Shown: piece by piece, positions 1 through 14,032 of the stretch
Layout: each line of letters opens with the position of its first letter
Position numbering within the stretch: position 1 is the stretch's first letter
DNA from: Tubiluchus corallicola
Lineage: Eukaryota > Animalia > Priapulida
DNA length: 64,000 bases
Assembly (NCBI GenBank): GCA_030141605.1
Contig: JAQGDQ010000019.1
Span: 62,001-126,000 of the forward strand
Reading direction: 5' to 3'
The notes under the pieces: model-generated
The model's input: only the letters and a program-made list of their open reading frames with translations
What the model was told of the DNA's origin: nothing
Databases searched by the model: none
Translations under genes and position numbers: made by a program

Positions 1-914
1 GGTAAGCTCCTTTAAGCTGTACAAATCCTTAGGAAGATAGATAAGAACGTTTTATGAAGTTTAGGTGGCATTCTACACGTTGATTTCAAAGGCAGCAATT
101 TCCGCCAAAGCCAGAGTGATTTTGCAGCGTTATTTGTCACAGTTTAAATCAGCCAGCCGCTGTAACTTTTGTTGCGCCTTGATGTCAAATTCAGGATGCT
201 ACAATAGCAGCAGGACAGCGGACAGATGCACACCAAGCATTTAAATGGAATATGGCAGGTTTTAACATTGTACAGATTGAATAAAAAGACAGTTCAATAT
301 AATGTGCGGCGCCTTTTGTCTTAATCACAATAGTAGTGCTCAGATATTAAGAAACCCGTGCCTGCATTATAAAGTGTTATTAAAGTCAAGGTAAGGTAAA
401 GGAGTCAGAAATTAATACTTTGGTCTTGCAAACCGATTTTGCTTTAATAAAAAATCTCCTAAATTAATTCAGTTAATTAAATAAGAGGAAAATATAATTT
501 TGAAACTTTTACAAATGAGGCAGTGGATTTCCAATTACGTGCAGTATTATTAAGCTCACATCAATTTAAAGCGCCTCGTGGCAGTTTGCTCAACACTTTG
601 GCTTATTTGCATTCATTAGCAAAGGTCATAGTAAGGGCAGTGAGAAAATTGTGTTAGTAAATTCCAGTTAGAAGAAAAATAAATGAAAACCGTTCAAATC
701 CCTGACTTGTGTTCAATTTGTTATGCGGGCGGGTCTACGAAATACATAATTTTCAGAAAAGTGAACAAACGAATGGATATGTGACCGAATAAGCGAATGA
801 AAAACGAATTTAATAATAAAATAATCATTTATTATGAAACTTGCCGACTCTGTTTCAATATAACCTGTACCTACAGCTGCAGTAGTAGTATTGAAAGTGA
901 TGGTGGTGTATGAA

Positions 915-1116
915 GACAATGACGATGATAATGATTACGAGATGATGATATGGTAAAAACAACAATAACAATGATTAGTTTAATTATAATTATTAGGATG
1001 ATGATGATGATGATGACGACGACGACGACAGAGACGACGACGACGACGATTATGATGATGACGACGGTTTAAGTGGTGATACGGTTTTGGCAGTGATGAC
1101 GCTGAATGATGATGAT
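915..1116. repeat. Imperfect (GAT)n/(GAC)n microsatellite region
   Basis: Runs of gatgatgat and gacgacgac next to the donor of the 1123-1224 exon. Confidence 0.9.
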
Positions 1117-1122
1117 ACTTAC

Positions 1123-1224
1123 TTTGCTGGAGGTACATTTGCCAGGAGAATATAGTTGTTCCTCACACTTCGGAGACTGGCCAGAATCTGTGCAAATGGC
1201 GTTACTATTGTATCATCACCATGT
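1123..1224 (-). CDS. PDE4: PDE4 shared coding exon, second half of UCR1 ([33 protein letters not shown])
   Basis: Manual minus-strand translation matches the PDE4 UCR1 motif HGDDLIVTPFAQVLASLR; acceptor ttgcag|, donor |gtaagt; 102 nt, phase 2-2; GC|A joins the 22.5 kb exon in frame (SEA-HGDD). Confidence 0.96.
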
Positions 1225-3485
1225 CTGCAATAAAAATATTTCAGTAATACTTTCGAGCTTTTGAGCACAACATAGGCATTTCACGGCTTTCGATACGATC
1301 TTACCATTTCTGCAAAATGAATTTTCTGTCTATTGTTGAAAGGCAACGGTCAAATAAGAAACTGATTAGGAATAGATAAAGCGTCTATATGTGTTAAGTA
1401 AGTATCACCCCGGTTTTGATTATTTTCTGTATTTTTTCTTAGTCTTGTTTTGTCATCATCTTTCAGACGTTCACCCTATGCGTTTTACTGCGAAAAAATG
1501 TAGGCTGATTCTGAAAAAACCAGCGCCTGTCAATCAGAGTCTCACTTTAGCCAGAGTATAGTATTAAAATATCAAAAAAACGTATAAGCTTCCTTAGTAA
1601 ATGTATTCACGCGAGCTTGTCAATTCAAATGTACGTCTACGCCAAAATGGTTCACGCATATTGTTATGGCACTTTGCTTTCAAGAAGTGTTTTTGACTAA
1701 GCTTTTTAAATTTTTTTAGAATCACCTCTAAAGTGACGCAAATAGTAAGCGTGACAAACGAGAGGAGAGCAAAAAATGGTCAAAAAATGGTTAGAAACCA
1801 ACATGGTGGTAGAATCAACACATTGACGTGTTTGACTGATTTTGCATGTATGATAAGTATTACGCATGTAGTAACTGTATTCCACAGTATTTCTCCATTT
1901 TGCTGACCACTCATGCAGGCTAAATCATTTTCCATTTTAATTTCATTTTCTCCACATAATTATGGAAATGATATAAGAATACTGTTGAGATTGCCAAAGG
2001 CTTCAGTGCTGCACTGTAGAGACCCAAGCAAATCATGCTTATGAATATTTCCTTGACATTCTTTGCGATATTTTTATTCAGTGAAAGCACAGTGTCAATA
2101 AGACTTCATAAAAAGTGCTATGAGCCTACGAGGCTGATTATGATTTTGCTACAATTTTATGCTTCTACAAACCAAGATTCGAAGGTTCCGTACTTGTTAC
2201 AGACAGAAGATTTGTTGTCCTTTGAGCTAGGTTTACGAGTATGCAAGAATTACTCGCGTGATTACATTGCGTTCCTCTCAACTAAATTAAACTGTCGCAG
2301 AATAGTTTGATGGACGCATCATAAACACTTTGAGCGCACTATTACACGCCAGTATCACAAAAGATAAAAAATTTAATGGAATTTAATGGACCATTTGACA
2401 AAGCGCAGATACGGAGCTGTATGAATTTCACCTGCTAACGGCGTTTAATCTACATTTAGGGAAACCAATTAAACGTTTTAAATGCTCCTCGTTTGACATC
2501 GATAGCATTGCGGTTTTTACGAGATTAGATCTTCGTGACATAAATATCCAGGGCCTACACGGTAATAGCTAATGCTGAGAAATAGCGAGGTTTTAATTTC
2601 AGACGTGTACAGAAATTTCGTTAATTGTTAACGCATTATTAATTTACTTAAGATATGGCAGTTTAAAAAGAGCCATTCAGATTGGTGATGCACATGCGAC
2701 CTCGTTATGTATTACAATAATTGATCTAAGAAAAACAAGGCTTTTTTATGCTAAGCATAAAAAACCTCGTGAGACTGAGGCTGTTTGCGAAGATAGTGCA
2801 CAAAATCGATCTGAAATGCAGATTTAAGCACGTGCTTGGAGCCTATGCGGGCACAAAGACGTTTTGTTAAACAAACGCTCTTTTAATAATGACGCAAGAC
2901 AAGGTAACTAAGCAATAAAAATGAGAAGAATGAGCTTTTTTCGTTGTTGGAGCTCCTTTAGATTCCAAGGAAAAGCTTTCGTCACTTTTAACACCAATGT
3001 GGTGCAAATAAAACGAGTTATAGAATTCCACCAATAGCTTTCTTTAATGACAATTTAAATGAACACACACAACGCATTGAACTGTTTTCAAAGCCGCATG
3101 GCAAACCAAGCAGTAATTTCCCATTTTCAGAAAATTGTTGAATTAAGGGACGAGCAAATATGAGCGCGATTAAACGAACTTTTGGTTCTGCTGAATCTTT
3201 CAAAAGAATCTGAAATGGTCAGTTTACTCGGCAGGCTGTGCGAAAAAGATTTCAGAAATTAACTCGTTATCCACGAACTTTTCAGCTTGTCTTTTAACTC
3301 GTTGAACGGTGATTGAAACAATTTGTGTATAGAAAACTAAATAAGTTAGTTATATTCCTCGTGTTCCATTTTATATAGAACAGGAAAGCTAATTTGCTAA
3401 ATCTGCAAGGAATTGAAATAAGTAGACTGCGAATTATCTGCGTTTTAAGCTGTGTTACCGTACGAAGAACTAAGTCGACCGTGTT

Positions 3486-3662
3486 ATAATGTAATAAACG
3501 CCTCATATTGTAATACAAAAAAAATTAACGCATAATGTAATAAAAAACAACACCTAATCTAATAATTGACCGATAATGTAACTAAAAAAACTAACGCATA
3601 ATGTAAGACACCCAAAACGCATAATGTAATAACCCGAGCATATCGTAACGCATAATGTGATT
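3486..3662. repeat. Array of about 7 short motifs (AACGCATAATGTAA-like), probably one subterminal arm of a non-autonomous DNA transposon
   Basis: cgcataatgtaa and variants recur at irregular ~20-35 bp spacing; no inverted partner found nearby. Confidence 0.65.
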
Positions 3663-4224
3663 AATTAATTCGTTACGAAAATCATATGTGCGGTTCAGAA
3701 CTAGCTCGCTGTGCAGTGCGAAAAAATTCAAAGTCAAGACAGACCATCCGACCGCAGGCCCACCGAACTGCAATCTCAAACACTGTACCTGAAAATCACA
3801 CTTTGCCGTATGCGTAGACATTAATTAACCCTTAATATAGATTAATTATGGCGAGTATTGTTTGACGTTGGCAGTGTTAATTAGTGAGGAAAGTCCATTC
3901 TAATTAAGGTTGACATGCGAGCTCGTTAATTTGCCATACCAGCTTCCGTTAACTTCTCCATCTCATAATAAGGTGCATATTAAAATTTTATACGGAAATT
4001 TGAGGCATCAGGTGCAGACCGAGGCTGTGTTTATTAAGTGCGCTAATTTACTTGCCAGGGCACAAAACTATTTTTCTAAGGAGTAAGCGCATAGATTGCT
4101 GGCGTATGCGTATATCGTGTGGTAATATTTTAACGTATATTTTGTCTATCATACGGCATATACCATGTACGCATGATTGTGGAACACGCATCGATGGTAT
4201 ACTTGAAAAAAGGTATTAAGACAA

Positions 4225-4451
4225 TAAAATGGCGTTTATGTAGCATGCGGATTTGGATGCAGACGCGTTTTTCCTCTGCAGAACAGGCTGCGGAACAGCC
4301 TGCGAAAAAATCAACAGGAATATCTGCAGAAAAAGAATAACGCATACGCAGGCTGCATAAACGGGTGCATTGAAAACAATCTAAACCGATTTTATCTATT
4401 CCATACCCCCCAAAACGCATCCGCACCCGCATGTTACATAAACGCAACTTA
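4225..4451. mobile_element. MITE of about 225 bp with ~30 bp TIRs (PIF/Harbinger-like)
   Basis: Left gcgtttatgtagcatgcggatttggatgc (4232-4260) is the imperfect reverse complement of right gcatccgcacccgcatgttacataaacgc (~4417-4445); TAA/TTA at the flanks; internal caggctg..cagcctg palindrome. Confidence 0.75.
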
Positions 4452-7400
4452 ATTTCGCAAGACATCCTAATTGATATATTTCATGAAACGCTAATTCTGG
4501 TTTAAACAGTTATTTTTATTTAATAAAACTGCAAGTACGATAGATTATTCTTTTTCACATTTTAATTGCACTTGTCAGTTCTTATCCCATGTTTTAATTC
4601 TAAGGTTATGTATGTTATTGCATTTGGCTGCAAACTGGGGCTCACTGAACAATTAAGGTGCAACTTAAAGTAACAAAATAACATGGATGGAAAATCAATG
4701 AAAATCAATGTAAAGCGAATAAACATCATTCATTGATTTAATTTCTGCTGTCACACGTCCTCTGACATAACTCTTGCAACCACTTTGGTGCATGCCGTCC
4801 TGTCACCCGCAACCTCCCATGTCTCTGTGTTTTTTGATGTATTGTTTGTTAGTTGATAATTTGAAGCAAAACTTTTAATTATGAGCTCATGAAGTATAAT
4901 TTTTATTCGTTATAACAAAGAGCTGAAGCAACATATAATTGAATTATCCTAATTTTATTGAACTTTTCATGTCGGATCAAAACTAAATATTATATTCACA
5001 AAGTACTGATGACATTCTATACGCCTTGCACGATAATTAACTTCCGGAAAGCAAATGCTTTTTCGTGAAGCCAAATACTAACGTGAGCATAAAAACCATT
5101 AAAGAAAGACGCTTTTAACTTACCGATGGCGTAAAGCATAATTAACGCATGCCCATAAGTGACGTGTGAAGCAGGCCTGGTGACAAACCATGAATTAATC
5201 ATGTTGTCTGGTGTCCACATCACACTATCTCCAGCCAACGCTAGGCGCCGCCAGCAAAATCGCTAGCTGATGCTAGCTGTATAGCGGCAGGTAACATCCG
5301 CTTCAGCATTTCTGTTTTCAGTAAATGGATGAAAAATAACGAAGCCAGGTAAGGTTTTCACCATTTACCAATACGAAAAAAGGTTTTCTAAGGAAAGTGA
5401 ATTTTAGAGATTCACCCTTCCTTGACCCATATCATATATCTACCGTGATCCAGACCCATATACTCCTCGCCCATTTCCATCAGTCGTGACACACCAGAAG
5501 TAATACGATCTAGACAGGAAATTGTATAATATACAGACAATGATTGTACAACGGGTACACCCCATAATTAATGGTACAATAACCACAGTAATATACAATT
5601 GAAAAATGAAAAAATGAAAAAAGTACTAGTAAAACAATGCAGGAATTTAGCGCCAAAGTGGTTTTATTATTATTATTATAGCTCTTTATTTTGAGCATAT
5701 AAACATATACCTTTATACATAAAAGTAGTTTTTGCCTCAAGGCCAATCTTTTCCTTTTGGTGGAACCGCAACATAGACATTCTAACATTTCGCCACATAG
5801 GCCTAATAAGAGACACGATGTTACAGATTACATCTACGTGCTCAATAGCCATACTACTTACACACCATTTACAGGTCGATCGCCAGTCGTATTTAAACTT
5901 CTACGTAAACGGAAATTCACGATTAGCACAAACACAGTGACTTTCTGAATCAACTGACACACGTGACTTCGATTGTTGTATCATCAGATAGCCGTTTCTT
6001 TCGCAGCGCTCGGCAAATGTTATTCTCTAAAAAATTTGGATGTTAAAAATTTCAATAAAAGCAAGTAAACTGGAAGACGGAGCATTGGGTTACTCGTTTG
6101 CCGCGCGCAGGTACGCATGTACGCTTTGCTCACATGTATTTATAATTGTACAACTGTACAACTGCCTGGATATGTCATATAGAACATATTACCCTTGCCA
6201 TGTCCGTTTTTTTCGTAAAAAAATATAATATAGAGTAACTTTACTGTGATGTCGCAATATTAGAAACTGATAAAAACTATCACATGAAGAACAGCGAGAA
6301 CGAAAACGACAACATCACAGCGAAAGACGCTCTCTATAGAGTTACTTCGCACGCGAGTAATATGAAAAGGAGAAAGATTTTGTATGGAATAAAAAGAACT
6401 TTCCGTGATCCATCATCGAGTGGGCCAGTCACCACATGACCCATCACCAAATTAGACACGATCGAGAACACTTAACATTCGAGGGCTATTCTTTTAGATT
6501 TGTGAGGCTTTCAGTTAATAACTGATACGTTTTCGATTGAAATTATTTAAAATATTGCTAATCTTCAATGAAATTAATATTGAATCTTTGATATGGTGAG
6601 AAAATAAGCAGACGTGGCATAAGTTACTCATTGATTGCAAGGATCATAAATCTGTCAGTCGAAAAACAATTGAATTTTGTTAATCGGTACAGTGTACATT
6701 CAAGCAATCGCAGCTCTGGTCTTTATTTGTTTACTTATAATGGTAGTGGGAAACGTGAATGTTCTAAACGCTGGTTAAAACTGAAATTTTGTAAGCGTTG
6801 AATCAATTAAAGTACGTGTGCTGTCCTAAACTCGACTTAGAATCAGATTCCTGTTTTTTGAATTATGTCTGTCTAAGACAAACGTAGGCCTAATAGACAA
6901 TATATAGAGATGCAAGACAAAATTCGTCATTGAAAAGTTGGATTAGAAGAGATGTGGACATTTTCAAAGACATGAAGACGTAGACATTTTTCAAAGCACG
7001 AAATCGGTAGATCAATTATTAGTTGAAAGTAAGGGGAAATCTATGCTGTACTTACAACTGTTGTAGACGATGCCAAAAAGAATACCGCTCGCCTGAAATC
7101 CTCAGCGCAGACGTGCTGAAATTTCTCGGCATCATTGGATAGCCATTAAGCATAGTATTGTTCTTTCGACTCATGCTGCCGTTGTTATGTATCAGAAGAG
7201 AATTACATGAACTTCGTCGTCAACTTTGTTGAAACCAATCACGTAATTAGCGAGCACACTATCACAAAAAGGCCTGCTTCAAATGTCTTCATGTTTCTAT
7301 TAGCTAAATCCCCCGCTTTCAAGCTTAATATGAAGTCCCTTCAAACTTAGACTACTTATGCACATTGCACATGGTAATTATGGTGAAAAATAATAACGCA

Positions 7401-10400
7401 GATTATTAGAAATGTGATCCTAATCCCTAATTTGCAGGGGATTTTATAAGGAAACTTTCAGAAACTACTTAACGTGAACATTGTGTAGCGTCAAGTTTTA
7501 ACAGTTAAAGATCGGTAACTTGAATATTGTAAACAAATCTTGAATAGCGAATGTTCTATGTACACAACTTGTTCAAATTCAACGAGTATTTATTACTTTA
7601 TTACCTGACCTGTCGAATTAATCACGTAGAAGCTGTAAGAACACAAATAGCTAGCCAGAAAGTAGAATTTATCGTTCTAATGGCAACAGTAGCACGTAAT
7701 TATATCCGTTTTCGATAGCGATCATTCATAATTAATTTTTGTATTTCAACGTTCTTTTTTCGTGAATCATTGACACACCCCCAAAAAAGAAAAATACAAT
7801 GGTTCGCTTGTTCAAAAGTTGAATTGAAATGGTCCGCGTTGCTGTGTCAACACACGTTTTTCACAAGAATATACCCTTGAAAAGAAACGTATATACAGAT
7901 CAGGAATCATAAACACCAATTTTATTTTAGTTTCATCGCTGTATGCGTAAGATATTCGTTGGCGTAATTCGTTGAGTGAAAAACTGTCACGTGAGTAGAT
8001 TTGGACACGTTTCAAACACACGTTTGCAGGGAGCTCTGCCAGCTAACGTTAGAGGCGACAGAATGATGCTGAAACAGCCAATGCGCATCTTTATAATGAA
8101 GCCAACGATCAATCGGTGTCATTACGTTATATCCAACACATTCGTACGCACAGACAATTAGTAATTTAAAAAAATAACACGACAAGCAGCAAATGTAGGA
8201 CTAGCTCGCCCGCCTACAGTTTGTTTGCGTCTGTTAGAGGCAAGACTATCCTCTAAACGTTTTAATTCAAGGCTTCATGGATTGTTGGAGGTTCTTTGCC
8301 ACAGTGTTCGGTGAATAGGAATGAAAGTAATAGAAAAGCGATTAGGCTGAATCGCATACGGAAGCAAATTATTCAGTCGACAGCTGCAGTGCACACGTGG
8401 GCACGTCGGAATGTTGGGGAACTGACACAAATGTAAACTGGTAAGAGAGAGCTAGGGAAGCCAAGTATGGAAAAAGAAGAATCGAAAAACTGAATTTAGG
8501 GCAAAAGAGGCAGGACAGACTCTTTAAGGGACAAATTTAATGTTTTGGCTTCACTTTCAAGAGCAGTTGGTAGCTGTAATAGGTAACCAGCTACTACTTA
8601 GCTAAAGAATTTCGGCGCTTCTGGCACATGAAGCGTGAAATATGGCAAAACGTGTGACAGCTACAGGTTGTATTGTGCACTAAGTAGCTACGCCTATTCA
8701 TCATTGGTGCATACAAGAAACTGAAACAGGGCAAAAAGTTGTGAAACTAAATTAATATACTCAATTATGCACTTATATTTATATCGAAACTATAAACTTA
8801 TAAACTGAATTAGTCGAAAAGGCTGTATGGTGGGTTGGTGGAATAAATTTTTTACTTTTGTTGCACGTCGTATTAGAGTGAGGCAGGATTTTAAGTTATT
8901 TTTAATATATAAAAATCCTACAATCCTCAATATATTATTATGAAATGGAAGAGTTAGTATAATCGCACCTTTAATGGAAACGTCTGGGAAGTAAAAGCTT
9001 ACTGGAGAAGAAAACCGACGGAATCGTCATAATTTTATTTTTCCACAAGTTTACTAAATTAAACGTATAATACGTGTATACCGACTTAATAACTTCGCAA
9101 ATGTTAGTCAGGCAGGACATTAATTGTTTTGCTGAATGACTAGCTCTGACAAGCTTGTAAACTAAAACAAGGAATGATGTCAAATTTATGCAAGATTAAA
9201 CAATTGATGTAACATTTTTGAAAAAAGAAATGGATCAATAAGATAGGCTAAACTTTTTTGATCACTTAAACTTGAAGTGCTTTAGAAATTTAACTGAATT
9301 ATATATTTCTTCAGAATCCCACACAAAACTTCGATGAAGATAAGAAAATAATTTCACGCGAATTCAGAACGAAGACAAAAAGAAATAAATTTAAAAGTAA
9401 CCCGCACGCGCATATTTTTGCCTACGTACAATGCTAACATCATTGCGTAGCTTCACTATCACAAAGCCCAACAATAATTACTGGCGCACGATCACTGCTT
9501 GCAAATGCCATGATACTTATAGCTCCAAGCACTTAGACACTTGTCTACAGAACTTATTCAAGTGCAATGAATGACTGTAATTACTGGACAAGAGAATGTA
9601 CGAAAACTTAATGTAAGTTGCTATTCTTTAGTTAGAATTTCCATAATAATGAAACCAAAGATAGACCTTTAGTGATGTATATAGGAGTAATGCAGCTACA
9701 AGACTAACGACAGCATCACCCACATATATACAAAAACTTTATTTTGTCAACGACTATAACATAATAAACCACTACAAATTAAAAATTACTATCAAAAACT
9801 TGTCTTCGCTTTAAAACGATTGATTGTTTTCTTGAAATTTGGTAATTGGTTATTATTTTAAGTTGGTGATTTTTAAGTTACGGAGGTCTGATAACCTATG
9901 GTCTCACGAAAGATAAATGCTTTCTTCTGATGTAGGTGATTAGGGTAATGAGAAAGCATTTAATTCTTAAAAACATAGTGCAAGTGTGCCTCTTCGCACA
10001 TGTTTTTTGATAATTAAAGCGAAAACCAATTTTATTCGATCGTTTCAAAAACAAGACAAAATAGTATCAGAACGAAAAACTGTGCTTAAACTAAAGTTTC
10101 TGACAATGAATCTAGGAATTTTGCGCAAATAATGCTGAATAAACTCTTACTGTAAATTACTGTGCGGTCCGAATATGACGACTGTCTGAATTTTTTAGCC
10201 TGGATTCTCAAAAGAAAATAAACATTATGCGCACGTTGGCGGCAACATACAAAGATGTTCGTGCTTCTACATCTCGACTCACGCTGTGGTTTTTAATTGT
10301 GTAAACAAGAATCTGCTTCAAAGATGGATCCTATTTGGAAAGCCACCGGAACTTCCTCATAGCAGAATGCAGGGAAAGACTGACAGCGGTGTTATAACTT

Positions 10401-10477
10401 GGTTGTGTTTATGATGGTAGTGAAGAAGCTGGAGTAACTTGTGTTAGTGTTGATGGTAAGGCTGTCAGTGAATAAAA

Positions 10478-10551
10478 TGTTGTTGTTATGGTTGTTGCTG
10501 TTGCTGTTGTTGTTGCTTTTGCTGTTGCTGCCGCCGCCGCTGCTGCTGCTG
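10478..10551. repeat. Compound (TTG)n/(CTG)n/(CCG)n microsatellite
   Basis: Directly visible; explains the low-complexity ORFs at 10392-10597. Confidence 0.9.
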
Positions 10552-11389
10552 GAACTGTGATGCGTACCATCACAGAACATTGAATGAGCGATTGCAATGA
10601 GCTGGTAATGTAAGAACTAGCCAGCTGCGTTTCTCTGAACTTATTATATGACTATGTAATAATCGAGTCATTTGTTAAAATTAACCACAATGAGTTTTAA
10701 ATTTTGTGGTTGAATCGTTATCGAGTTTTTGTAGTAAATAAAATTTTATTTACCTACCAGCTTTTTCACTTGTTTGGTCTTTTTTCTTTCTTGCTGACTG
10801 ACCGAGTGACATATTAGCTGGTTGAAACACTGACCGACCAGTTGACTACTACTAACGGAAGTTGTATATGTACACAGTTTGTTCGTGGGATAGAATTTTT
10901 GTCTATTATTATGTTCTTCCACATTAAAAACACATTCATACAGCAACGAATTCCATTACTCGTTTAAGGAGAAGATTAATGATTTAAAATCTCGGATGAA
11001 ATATCGAGTGTTGAAACCGCATTTGTTGATTCAAGGTCCAATGTAAGCAAACACAGTCATCGAAAAACTCTTTATCAATTTTTCAAAAATTTCCGTGAAT
11101 CCAAGTAAACAAACTGGAGCATTAATGATTGATTGACTAGACTCAGAAATATGTTCCATTCGAACACAGGAAACTGAATTTTCAAACACAAATGTTTTAA
11201 ACCATTGAACGGTTTTGACCCTGTAAAAATTGTGGTAATATTCTGCTTCTTTGACAGGAGATGCTTTAAATGACAGCTATTATTTCGTGTTTACAATAAA
11301 CATTTTTCAAAATAATTAACAATATATATGTAAATACGGTTGTGCTTGACACTAATAGTTTAAATGAAATCGGAACTTGCTACTTTTTG

Positions 11390-12625
11390 ACTTGTGCCCC
11401 GTGGGTCAAGGGTCAATCAAACACGAGTCAACATACTCCACTAAATTTGTCTCATCGAGTCCTTTCATTAGTTGTGCTGCAATATCTTGTCACTTTTAAT
11501 GTGTGACCTCGGGATCAGGGGTCAGCCAATGTTGGCGTCACACACCACTCAATTCATTTCATCCAGACTGTTCATTTGATATGCTACAACCTACTATTGC
11601 TTAACACTTGAAACATTCGTTTCTCCTACTCTCTAGTTTCGATTATTGCCCCCTAACAAGGCCAGGGGTCAACAAATCCAGTCGTAACTCATACCGCTCA
11701 ATTCATCTTATTGAGGCCTTTTATTTCATGTATTACAAGCTACAGTTGCTCGAAACTGGAAGCATATGTTTCCCAACCCACTCAATTTTGGTTTTTCGTC
11801 TGCGGCGAGATCAACGGCCAAGCGCCCTGGGATTGTGAGTAGTTTATTCCATTCAGTTCCATAGTTCGACCAATGATCAGCCAAGCTGGGCGTAATTCAT
11901 ACCAATCCATTTGTCTTAGTGTGAACTTTCATTTTATAGCTACAAGCTACTGTTTCTCGACACTGGAAACATTGGTGTCCAAGACCTCCCAATTTCAGTT
12001 TTTGCCCCCTGGCGAAAGATTTTCCTAAACGCGCCTGATCCATATTCAGCCATCAGCACAAGATTTTAGCCCCTTCTAGACACATACCAAAGGTTGTGGC
12101 GCCGTTCAAAAACTGTCGGAGGCAGAAGTAACGGAAAAAACCACCCACGTTGCGACTTTTGACTCGGAGAGAGACTCACGTATAAACCCTCTTACATTGG
12201 TAGTTTCGTGACCCTAGCCCAGTGCGTGTGCTGATGGTGCGCTTGTCTCGTAGCATGCTTTCAAATGACATATTACAAGACACTATTTACATTCTCTGGC
12301 ACCCAGGCCGACTTCCAGTACCACCCATCAGATTCCAAAAATTTGTTTAATTACCACGATTTATATTGTCTCATGACAAGCTTTCAAACGATATACTACA
12401 CGAAATAGCTGCACACTTTTTTGCAAAAGGTCACATTTTGTAGATCAAACCCACCGAGGTTGGCCCCCACAGCCCCACCCATTTTACCAAAGTAAATTAA
12501 TTTAATCCCGTGAGTTGTTTACCGAAATAAAACCTGTGACAGAAAATAAATAATAAATAATATATAAACGAGAAACTGGTCCAAAAAACAAAGGCATTTC
12601 AAAGTACACTGGAACACCAATAAAA
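11390..12625 (-). mobile_element. Degenerate non-autonomous element with internal ~120-200 bp tandem units (Helentron/HINE-like)
   Basis: 4-5 diverged units (ggggtca..cataccactcaatt..tctcatcgag..tttcatttgatatgctaca) at ~11410, 11520, 11665, 11875 and 12350; the minus-strand end reads tattgg-imperfect hairpin-ttgttttt..tttatttattttctgtcac, recalled as a HINE-type terminus. Left boundary uncertain. Confidence 0.5.
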
Positions 12626-13892
12626 CTGTGGTAAACCAGGCAGCTGAAGCAGAATTTTAATAACTTCAGCAGTTTAGGTCCTCAACAGTACAATTACATA
12701 TGGTTCTTTACCATGAATTATTTAAGCAGTTGCTACGGTTAATGAAGACCTGAAATGCGTTTCGCAATAAAGAAACTGTCAATGTGAGCCAAATAAGCAG
12801 TTAAAAACTGCAACTCCGCAGCACCCAGGTTGGCAATATATGAACCCAGTCCAGTTTTTCTTGAGACCTCTGAAGTCTTGATCAGCGTGCTTTGGAATGT
12901 AGCAATGAAAGATGAAGAAAGATGTGGTAATACATTTCTGAAAGTTTTACATGGGTGTTCCAAACTCAAGCAAACGTTTGAAGTTAAGTTAGTACATCTA
13001 TCCATTTTTAAACTATTCCCAATTTTTAAATTCATTTTTTGTAGATATTTGCACTATTTCAAGGAAAAGCGCCAAAAATTAAGATAATGGAAAATCAAGC
13101 AACGACATGACGATGACGACGATGATTACGGTGATGATAACTATAATTATTATAAGCATATAATTAATACGATATTAATTAGCAGTTGCTAACATTTGGC
13201 GCCATCAGTTGCAATAACCCATTAAAAACCAAATGTGTCAACAAAAATGAAGAGTTCAAGGCAATTTTGTCGTTTTCTGCATGTCTGGTTAGACGAAATT
13301 CTTCAATAGCGAAAATTACCAAACCGTCTAAAATTATTGATCTGTTTCTTCGCCATTAGGCATAAAGAGAGACTCATGAAACGAAAATTCAGACGATCGA
13401 AACGAGTTTTAGTGCGCTATCAAAGCTGAAAACAGATCGATGCAAGTTTATAACATTATAAAGAATTAAAGATGCTAGCAATAAGATGGGAATGTAAAGT
13501 GCCGAATAGAACTTTGTGGCTTCAAGTATGACTTCCTGATGGATGTAGCTAATCGATCAATATCTAAATATCTATTCTTGATACGAGATTTGGTAAAGGA
13601 ATTATGCTAACACGTGTGCCAGCTAGTTTGCTACTAAAAGCTATTTAAAATTTAAATTTTATTGCGACTAATAACTAATATGACGCATATTTTTGGCTTA
13701 AATTATTAAATTATTCCTTGTAGCAATGCAAAATCTTGCACAATTGATTTTGCTGTTCTACAGGCAAAATTATATTTTCAAAAAGCTGTCGATTGGTTAG
13801 TTTTTGACTGATAGGCAGCTTGACTAACTTGTCAGTCTAGGATTTGAATCCGTTACTTCATTGTTTGATTCGTTGCTTCCTGCCTGCCACTT

Positions 13893-14032
13893 GACTGCCT
13901 AACTGACTGACTGACTTACTAATTAACTATGACTGATGACAGTTTGACTAACTGACTGACTGTCTGTCTGTCTATCTATCTGGCAGACTGACTGACTGGC
14001 TGACTGAGTGACTGGCTGTCTGGCTGACTGAC
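13893..14032. repeat. Imperfect (ACTG)n/(TCTG)n tetranucleotide microsatellite
   Basis: gactgactgact and gtctgtct runs. Confidence 0.85.

Noticed and set aside
1300-1320. ttttgcag|aaatg|gtaaga possible micro-exon about 80 nt upstream of the HGDD exon
   Set aside because: 5 nt would shift the frame, and the ATG read in phase 0 hits a stop immediately after splicing.
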